Below, piece after piece: positions 61,879 through 64,000 of a stretch of DNA of 64,000 nt. The stretch's first letter is position 1. The number at the start of each line of letters is the position of its first letter. Position numbers and translations under genes: made by a program. Origin of the DNA: Octopus vulgaris (taxonomy: Eukaryota); the NCBI GenBank assembly GCA_951406725.2, contig OX597836.1, positions 9,672,001 to 9,736,000 on the forward strand, given 5' to 3'. The notes below the pieces were generated by a model. The model did not search any database, was not told the DNA's origin, and saw only the letters and a program-made list of their open reading frames with translations.

Positions 61879-62812
61879 CAACTTATTCTGCAACCACGTG
61901 TGCAGTGTGCATCCTGCATCCAAAACGGGCACATCTGACAACTGTACATCATGACTTTTACACGCGAAACCCAGAGTTGTATGACCCTCTTTGTTTGATT
62001 GTTATTAAATTTTATATACATACATACACACACACATAGGAAATGTAGAACGGAACGGTAAAGGGGATGGAGTGGAATATCAAAGAACATTAAAAAAAAA
62101 CAAAAGTAAAAGTAACAAAAAATCCTTCCATATAAAAAAAAAAAAATCTGGAATTTCACAACCACAGCCAAAATGTGAGATAACGCAATGACACATTATA
62201 TTCTGCAGTAGAATTTTGGAGTTTTCTTGAAGAATATGTCTTTGGAAATCATTGAGGTAATTTAATCTTCATTTATTTATTTTTTTTTTTATCTTTTGTT
62301 CCCACTCATTATTTTTTTTTGATAATTAAAAAAAAAAAAAAAAAAAACCCCAACAAAAATCTTAATATCACTTTCATCATTCTTCTAGAGGAAAGTAACA
62401 ACAGGAATTTGAGCAGATTGGAATGAAAATTGGTGTATGTGTGCGCACATGTGAATGTGTGGGAATGTGTGTGTGTGTGTGTAAAGAGTGTGTTTGGATG
62501 TGTGTAAAGAGTGTGCGTGCATATGAGCAATTGACGAAGAGCAGTTGGTCAGCTTTCTTGCAATCTGTGTTCGTCTGAAAATATACATGTTAGATATGTT
62601 ACAGATCAAACTGTAGACATTTTCATACACAGTAGTCTTCAGTCAGACAACACCAATAAAATTCATAGACCCATAGCAATTAGTTTCCGTTGGTATTTTC
62701 TTGTTTTTTTTTTTCATTCATTCTTTTATTTATTCTTTCCTTCTGTACTCCTTCTTCAGTGAAGCAGATGCAGTTCCAGTCTCCAGGTCGTTGCAGGACA
62801 CCATTCCTGTCC

Positions 62813-62928
62813 TTAGTTGAATGCATCCTCAGCGGGAGGAACATATGAAAACCCCTCGAACACACCGTCTGCTTCTCGGACACTTGCACTAATCAACTTG
62901 TTGCCTTCAGCTGACTTCCCTACGGACC
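62813..62928 (-). CDS. SGK: Last coding exon of a serum/glucocorticoid-regulated kinase (SGK family, AGC kinase hydrophobic motif)
   Basis: Acceptor ttttgttcatttatgcAG, then SVGKSAEGNKLISASVREADGVFEGFSYVPPAEDAFN*. This matches the SGK C-terminal pattern ASV.EA...F.GFSY.PP..D.F. Confidence 0.85.
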
Positions 62929-63007
62929 CTGCATAAATGAACAAAACATGAAAATACATGAAAGGGCTGAGATAAGAATATATTTGCCATAATGGAAGGA
63001 GGAATTT

Positions 63008-63641
63008 GTAATAATAATAATAATAATTAATAATTAATGATAAATAGTAATAATAAATAATAATATATAATAATAATAATATTAATAATTAATAATAAAT
63101 AATAATAATATATAATAATAAATAATAATAATATATAATAATTAATAATAATAAATAATTAATAATAATATATAATTATTAATAATAATAAATAATTAAT
63201 AATAATATATAATTATCAATAATAATATATAATTAATAATAATAATAATAATAATAGCCTCGCCTGGCCCCCGTGCCGGTGGCACGTAACAAGCACCATC
63301 CGTCCATGGCCGTTTGCCAGCTCCGTGTGGCACGTAAAAAGCACCCACTACACTCATGGAGTGGTTGGCATTAGGAAGGGCATCCAGCTGTAGAAACATT
63401 GCCAGATCAGACTGGGCCTGATGCAGCCTTCTGGCTTCCCAGACCCCAGTTGAACCGTCCAACCCATGCCAGCATGGAAAGCGGACGCTAAATGATGAAT
63501 ATATAATTAATAATAATAATATATAATTATTAATAATAATAATATATAATTAATAATACATAATAATATATAATTAATAATACATAATAATAAATAAATA
63601 ATAATAATAATAATAATTAAATAATAATAATAATAATAATA
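63008..63641. repeat. (AAT)n low-complexity tracts surrounding an RTE tail element (63257-63497, plus)
   Basis: Direct reading and family match. Confidence 0.9.
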
Positions 63642-63699
63642 AGAGCACTCAGTGAGTGCAAACCTCCACCAAGGCAACCCCAATGTCCTCTCAACGATT

Positions 63700-64000
63700 A
63701 GCCAGAGATGACTTTTGGATGCCTCCAAGAACAAGTATTTTTAAAGAGAGATCCAAGGCTTGCCACTAAGAAGATTGCTGTCTATCACGCTGCTGTCATC
63801 TCAACATTACTGTATGGCTGTGAATGCTGGCCCTTACACTGCCATCATGTGAGGAAGCTGGAGTCATTTCACATCCATTGTCTCAAACGAATTCTACAAA
63901 TTACTTTGAAAGATAAGTTCCCGCACAGAGAAAATCTCCAGTAAGTAGGAATTTCCAGCACTGAAGCCATCATCCAACACAGTCTTCTAAGACGGATCAG
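63700..64000 (+). mobile_element. RTE/BovB-like LINE RT C-terminal fragment (in an SGK intron)
   Basis: KIAVYHAAVISTLLYGCECW....VRKLESFH..CLKRILQI. Confidence 0.8.

Noticed and set aside
62680-62889. Track ORF MQVSEKQ...
   Set aside because: Wrong frame; the SGK-like frame entered from the acceptor at 62929 explains the region.

Overview
This is AT-rich, repeat-dense animal genomic DNA, most consistent with a coleoid cephalopod (Octopus-like tRNA-derived SINEs, RTE and Penelope-like elements, a C2H2 zinc-finger gene); the organism is inferred. Host genes I can support: (1) a head-to-head pair of paralogous two-coding-exon, type II membrane fucosyltransferase-like (GT-B) genes (A, minus strand: 19087-19049 joined to 1907-750; B, plus strand: 21755-21787 joined to 24544-25713), whose short first exons the ORF track does not resolve; (2) a frameshifted C2H2 zinc-finger gene with seven near-identical 84-bp fingers (33982-32776, minus); (3) the last coding exon of an SGK-family AGC kinase (62928-62813, minus), absent from the ORF track. 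Most other sequence is transposon-derived: a near full-length RTE LINE, two Penelope-like elements (Neptune-like and Naiad-like), mariner, Tc2-like and hAT-like MITEs, non-autonomous Helitrons (one with an internal ~100-bp satellite), many SINEs and microsatellites. The most notable observations are an intact ORF1-only (RRM-like plus CCHC) retroelement inserted into a SINE head and sharing a 3' tail motif with a Tx1-like LINE fragment and a SINE family, several minimal hammerhead ribozymes, and a set of long fold-back palindromes. All calls were made by eye; no database searches or folding programs were run.
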